Positions 14,278 to 18,360 of a stretch of 18,360 nt of DNA are shown piece after piece (position 1 is the stretch's first letter; the number at the start of each line of letters is the position of its first letter). The DNA is from an archaeon (GTDB lineage Archaea; Iainarchaeota; Iainarchaeia; Iainarchaeales; 0-14-0-20-34-12): assembly GCA_038046645.1 (NCBI GenBank), contig JBBSVU010000006.1, forward strand, positions 194,078 to 212,437. The letters run 5' to 3'. The notes beneath the pieces were generated by a model. It was not told the origin of the DNA. It worked only from the letters and a program-made list of their open reading frames with translations, and made no database searches. A program made the position numbers and the translations under genes.

Positions 14278-17019
14278 TTATTTATACCTTAGGATAGCGC
14301 CAATTCCGCCAAATCCGGTTTGGAATTGTTTTCCCTCATCTGTTTCTGTACTTACCATATGTGTTTCTGCATTGCTTTCTGCAGCTTTTTCCATTAGGTA
14401 ATCAGCATAATCCACTTCCTCAATTATTTCCAAGGCAGAACCGCATAACTTGCATTTATAATTCCTTAAATCAGGCTCTTGGTACATTACCTCAGAATAA
14501 TCACAGGCTGTGCATTTCACTTTGTAAATCATCTTCTCTAGGCCCTCACTTATCAAAAGCTTAGAAACCTTTCTTGCTGTTAATGCAGCTTCAACCTCTT
14601 TCTCCCCGTATGTTGCCAAGCCTGTTTTTACAACATTCATCATGAATTCCTGCACTATCTGCTTCTCCCTTATTATATCTGTCTGTTGCAATACGTCATG
14701 GGATTTATCAATAGCTTCCTTTATGCCTGAAGGATCAGTATATCCAACATCAATCTTCCCTATAATTTTATTCTTCAACCTGTGGTCTAATAAGTCAGTT
14801 TCTAAAAAGTAATTTTTGGTAAGCCCTGGCCCCCCAACAATTATCCCCCGTATTTTATCTATCTGGCCAACAAAAGCCTTGTTCATCTCTTCGCTTACCT
14901 TCCTGTAAAAATCATGCTCTGCCTCTTCCCTCAGCCTTTCAAAACGCTGGGCTGAATTATGGACAATTAACCCATTTGCCATGAAATTTCCCATTTTTGT
15001 GGTAATATCTATTGTTTTGGTTTCTTTCCTGATTTTTTGTAATTTAGCTATTTTTACCGGCAAAATAGGGATATTTAAAATATTCTCAAATTTCTTTCTT
15101 AATCCTTTATTGGCTTTCACTTTATTTATTATGGACTTTTTGAATACTGTTTTACCCATTAGCCTTTCATTTCTGAAGAAGTTACTTACTTTTGGGAAGT
15201 CGCAGGTATTATAACCAACATTCTCAAATATTTCCCTAATTTCACTTCCTGGCACAATTATCTGGCGCACATTGCTTTTCATTGTTTTGTTTTTTATGCA
15301 TTTTTTCAATTTTGCGAATTTAATTTTTGAACTGAAGCATATCGTCTTTTTGAATGTTTTTAACGATTCTTTCTCTGTTATATCTAAAGTATAGCGATTA
15401 TTTTTTGAATAGATATTTTTTCTGTTGTCATACTCGTAAACTGAGGCAATAATCCCAAATCTTAGTAAAGCCATTCTAAGATGTTCGATTATCTTTTTAT
15501 TATTCATGCTTATTGATAACCCTCTCTTAGTCACATAGCCCTCTGCATCAAATAATCCCTTTATAAATGAGGCTAAAACTTTGTTTTTAGATTTAAGTAC
15601 CTTTGCTGGAATATTGCTATCTAGCGCTTTTTTTACTTCAGGGAATTCATTTAATATATAATCCGCAATAGGCTTACCATATATTCTAACTTGCCAATAA
15701 TTTTTGCTGTTTCTAAACACAATATTTGTATTTGCGTGGAATAATGTTTTCCCCAATTTTTCATAAATCAATGCTATTTCCCTATTCTGTTCACTAAAAG
15801 CAATTCTTTCTTTTTCAATATTGCCATCACCAATTAAGTAGCCTAAAAATTGTGCAAGTTTTTTATTTAAATATGTTGGCAGTTTTATGTCCGTTTTCTT
15901 TTTACAATATTTCTTCAGGAATGGATCTAGCGGAATTTTTAAAACCGTGCAATAATTTTCCAAATAATCGTCTGAAGGGTCAAATTTTCCCAATTCTAAA
16001 GCTGAGACGCTTGCCTGATGTGCCCCAAGCATTTCACCTAGCTGTTTTTGCGATATTCTTAAAGAATTTCTTTGTTTTGCTAAATGACCTAAACCCTTAG
16101 TGTTTATTTTATAATTGTTGTAATAATGAGTGTTAAGAAGCTGCGTTTTTCCACTGATCTCTATTCTTGCAGGCATTATTAATAAATCGCCCTCCCTTAA
16201 TGAAGATGCGGTTATCTCGGCTATGCCTTCTTCTGCAACTTTAAATAGCGTATGTTCTTCTGAGCAGGTTAAATCTAACTTTGGGTACTTTGTTGTTATC
16301 TGGATTAACTTATTTTTATTGTTCTCCCATTTATTGGTTATTTTGGTATTGCTTAATTCTAGATTATTTAAATTAGCTGCGCAGATTTCTAGAGGGTTAT
16401 GTGCTTCTTGTATTTCAATAATTTCCCCATCACTTAATTGAATTAAAGTTTCAGGATGCAAACATTGCCCACCCGCACGTATTTTACCAGCTACCCTGCT
16501 TTTGAAATTGCCAACAATATCATACCGCTTTCCTTTCAAAACAGCGAAGGTAGCCTCTCTTTTATCCATTGTAACAATCACATAAATATCAGTAGGCTGG
16601 ACCATATTCTTCAATGGAATTAGGTGGAATTCAGAATCACACCAGTACAATTTAGTTTCCAGTTTATTAACAGGCTTTACAGTAAACAATTTTATGTCAA
16701 CCTTTCCGTCATTCGGGCTTACATTTCCGCAAAATATCGCTAACCCGGTATCTGGCAGTTTGAAATTAATCTGCTTAAGCAGATTGATAATTTTTCTTAA
16801 TGCACCCTGCACATTCTTCCTTGTTTTAGGGTCCTTAATATTGCTGCTCTGGCTTACTTCATCACTCAGCTGTTTCATTACTATGGATCTGTCCGTGCCT
16901 GGCGGTATGTAAACAGAAATTAATTCAGTGCCTGATCCTTTAAATGATTCAAGCATCTTTATCTTCTTCTTGAATAATGCTTTCTCCGCATCCATTGCAT
17001 TTAAGTCAAGATGAGCCAT
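14278..17019 (-). CDS. prf1: Peptide chain release factor aRF1 precursor containing an intein
   Basis: GTELISVY, NIKD, YWCDSEF, RAGGQ|intein|SAQRFER, GGPG.TK, YGEKEV, CxxC...CxxC and GFGGIGAILRY. Exteins of 185 + 225 = 410 aa give the expected aRF1 size. ATG 17019 is preferred over TTG 17028. Confidence 0.95.
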   Translation of the reverse strand: MAHLDLNAMDAEKALFKKKIKMLESFKGSGTELISVYIPPGTDRSIVMKQLSDEVSQSSNIKDPKTRKNVQGALRKIINLLKQINFKLPDTGLAIFCGNVSPNDGKVDIKLFTVKPVNKLETKLYWCDSEFHLIPLKNMVQPTDIYVIVTMDKREATFAVLKGKRYDIVGNFKSRVAGKIRAGGQCLHPETLIQLSDGEIIEIQEAHNPLEICAANLNNLELSNTKITNKWENNKNKLIQITTKYPKLDLTCSEEHTLFKVAEEGIAEITASSLREGDLLIMPARIEISGKTQLLNTHYYNNYKINTKGLGHLAKQRNSLRISQKQLGEMLGAHQASVSALELGKFDPSDDYLENYCTVLKIPLDPFLKKYCKKKTDIKLPTYLNKKLAQFLGYLIGDGNIEKERIAFSEQNREIALIYEKLGKTLFHANTNIVFRNSKNYWQVRIYGKPIADYILNEFPEVKKALDSNIPAKVLKSKNKVLASFIKGLFDAEGYVTKRGLSISMNNKKIIEHLRMALLRFGIIASVYEYDNRKNIYSKNNRYTLDITEKESLKTFKKTICFSSKIKFAKLKKCIKNKTMKSNVRQIIVPGSEIREIFENVGYNTCDFPKVSNFFRNERLMGKTVFKKSIINKVKANKGLRKKFENILNIPILPVKIAKLQKIRKETKTIDITTKMGNFMANGLIVHNSAQRFERLREEAEHDFYRKVSEEMNKAFVGQIDKIRGIIVGGPGLTKNYFLETDLLDHRLKNKIIGKIDVGYTDPSGIKEAIDKSHDVLQQTDIIREKQIVQEFMMNVVKTGLATYGEKEVEAALTARKVSKLLISEGLEKMIYKVKCTACDYSEVMYQEPDLRNYKCKLCGSALEIIEEVDYADYLMEKAAESNAETHMVSTETDEGKQFQTGFGGIGAILRYK
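14956..16464 (-). mobile_element. 503-aa intein with LAGLIDADG homing endonuclease and XRE-type HTH
   Basis: Begins CLHPET (TGT at 16464), block B CSEEH, ends GNFMANGLIVHN followed by +1 Ser. LAGLIDADG motifs LGYLIGDG (15823-15846) and FIKGLFDAEG (15538-15567). HTH RNSLRISQKQLGEMLGAHQASVSALELGK lies within 15940-16083. Confidence 0.95.
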
Positions 17020-17075
17020 AAAAATCAATAATTTTCCCCAATCGTATATCTAATAGCAAAGCAAAATCTTTTTAA

Positions 17076-17402
17076 CCGCACGAGCAAGAAACCTTAATTT
17101 TTCAAGATGCAGATGCGTGTGAGTTCAGAGGAAATCCACTCTCCCAAAACGTTTATAAATTACATTAATATTATTATTTTGAGGATACAAGACTGAGCAT
17201 AGTGTGATGCAATATTTATCAAATAAAGATAATATTGTTTTATATGTTCATTACCCTGTGAACGTGCTGGTATTCTTTTTAATAAAATACATACTCATAA
17301 AAATGAGCTACTGTCGGGCAGGCAGGAAGTTAAGCCTTTGGAGCTTCTTATTAAAGAAGCGATGAATCAGGAAGCTGCAGCCTTTAGGGTGCAGAATGCC
17401 AC
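17076..17402 (+). mobile_element. Non-autonomous, decayed IS200/IS605-family element (PATE/MITE-like; no tnpA or tnpB)
   Basis: 17076-17115 is 30/40 identical (ungapped) to the left-end hairpin region at 18310-18349. The right end has GAAG + CTGCAGCC-TTTA-GGGTGCAG + AATGCCAC, preceded by tnpB-tail-like ACTGTCGGGCAGGCAGGAAGTTAAGCCTTTGGAG. Confidence 0.75.
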
Positions 17403-17420
17403 TTATCAATTACCTTATAT
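17310..17420 (+). ncRNA. Putative TnpB omega-RNA/reRNA scaffold plus flanking guide
   Basis: Stems CTGTC/GGCAG (17311-17325, one G-U), GCTTCTT/AAGAAGC (17343-17360) and the subterminal hairpin (17375-17394), in the order typical of IS605-type right-end RNAs. Boundaries are approximate and expression is unknown. Confidence 0.5.
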
Positions 17421-17519
17421 GACCAGGTGTTGAATAAGCGTAACACTAAAACAATTAGTAGAAAGTATGTTTTAATGCTGTTCGACACCTTATAAGGTAT
17501 ATATATTTAGGGTGAATCT

Positions 17520-18293
17520 ATGTTTGATGAAAGTATTTTCCCAATGGCAAAAGCTGAGGAATCAACAGAACAACTACAATCTGAAACCCAGCCTTATTAT
17601 TCAAATGATAAATTATTTGTGTTGTCCGTAGGTGGTTCAATCTTGGTTGATGAAAAACCAAAAACCACATTTATAGCGAAATTTGCTGAAACAATCAATG
17701 AATTATCTAGGGAAGGATACAAATTCTGCCTTGTGGTTGGAGGAGGGAAAACCGCCCGAAATTATGTAGCAGCAGCAAAGAATTTTGGTGCTACAAATTA
17801 TGCCCTGGACAAATTAGGCATAGTTTCAAGCAGGTTAAATGCTTTGCTTTTAATTCAGGCTTTGGAGAATGCTTATCCCACAGTAATGACAGACCCAGAA
17901 AAAGCTACTGAGGTGTTAAATCAGGGCAAGATACCAGTATTTGGCGGTTTGTATCCAGGGATAACAACCGATGCAGTAGCTTCCTTAGTGGCAGAAGCCC
18001 TTGATGCTAAATTTATCAATCTTACGAATGTTGATGGCGTTTATACCGCAGACCCTAATGTTGAGCCTCATGCCAAGCTGCTTAAGCATATGTCCTATGA
18101 GAAGTTATTGAGTTTGATAAGGGTAGCAGATTCCAAGCCGTCCCAACATGTAATCCTTGATTTGCCTTGCTGCTTGATTATAAGAAGATCAAGCATACAC
18201 GCGGCAGTTTTGAATGGCAATAATTTAGATAATCTCAAGAATTACCTTAGAGGGCTAGATTTTGTAGGGACAACAATTTCCGAAGAAGAGTAA
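17520..18293 (+). CDS. pyrH: Uridylate (UMP) kinase, archaeal type
   Basis: VLSVGGS, VVGGGKTARNY, DKLGI..SRLNA, PGITTDAVA, NLTNVDGVYTADP, D...C.II.RS and GT.I. SD GGGTGA at 17510-17515. Confidence 0.96.
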   Translation: MFDESIFPMAKAEESTEQLQSETQPYYSNDKLFVLSVGGSILVDEKPKTTFIAKFAETINELSREGYKFCLVVGGGKTARNYVAAAKNFGATNYALDKLGIVSSRLNALLLIQALENAYPTVMTDPEKATEVLNQGKIPVFGGLYPGITTDAVASLVAEALDAKFINLTNVDGVYTADPNVEPHAKLLKHMSYEKLLSLIRVADSKPSQHVILDLPCCLIIRRSSIHAAVLNGNNLDNLKNYLRGLDFVGTTISEEE

Positions 18294-18309
18294 TCCAGTT
18301 AATAATTAG

Positions 18310-18360
18310 CCGTGTGAGCGGGAAACCTACATCTTTTAAGATGTAGATGAAAGCTCACAG
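18310..18360 (+). mobile_element. Left end of an IS200/IS605-family element (probably continues beyond window)
   Basis: Perfect hairpin CTACATCT-TTTA-AGATGTAG (18327-18346) inside an outer GTGAGC/GCTCAC stem. AAAC lies directly 5' of the hairpin and TTAG at 18306-18309, as the IS608-type guide/target pairing rule predicts. Confidence 0.7.

Noticed and set aside
7250..16912. Remaining short overlapping ORFs in the track (e.g. 7733-8038, 10871-11242, 13731-14099, 16130-16441)
   Set aside because: All are nested in or antisense to well-supported genes and lack family motifs.
14278..17019. Stop-codon reassignment suggested by the unusual aRF1
   Set aside because: TAA, TAG and TGA all terminate credible genes, and the conserved genes have no in-frame stops.
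17207..17365. 52-aa ORF MQYLSNKDNIV...LLKKR inside the mini-IS
   Set aside because: It has no recognisable motif, overlaps the structured right end, and is out of frame with the tnpB-like tail. Probably chance.
17403..17420. Self-target of the putative guide within the window (partial matches near 6634 and 8391)
   Set aside because: The matches are only 9-10 nt of AT-rich sequence, at chance level.

Overview
AT-rich archaeal chromosomal segment. Gene content and compact spacing suggest a DPANN-type archaeon, possibly Diapherotrites/Iainarchaeota (inference). From left to right: (1) an EndoQ/TIGR00375-family PHP nuclease running off the left edge, missed by the ORF track, divergent from an AmmeMemoRadiSam radical SAM gene; (2) a BofA-like membrane protein divergent from a wHTH-fusion protein; (3) a ~1010-aa Methanococcus/Thermococcus-type S-layer gene; (4) a terminator plus a dense array of six more hairpins; (5) a surface-glycan cluster with a membrane-anchored protein, two flippase-like LPG_synthase_TM proteins, a GT-C/AglB-like protein with non-canonical motifs and a cellulose-synthase-like GT2; (6) truD; (7) aRF1 split by a 503-aa LAGLIDADG+HTH intein inserted directly after the catalytic GGQ; (8) a 327-bp gene-less IS200/IS605 derivative retaining a TnpB omega-RNA-like right end; (9) pyrH; (10) an intact-looking IS200/IS605 left end at the right edge. 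All calls come from reading motifs by eye; no searches were run.
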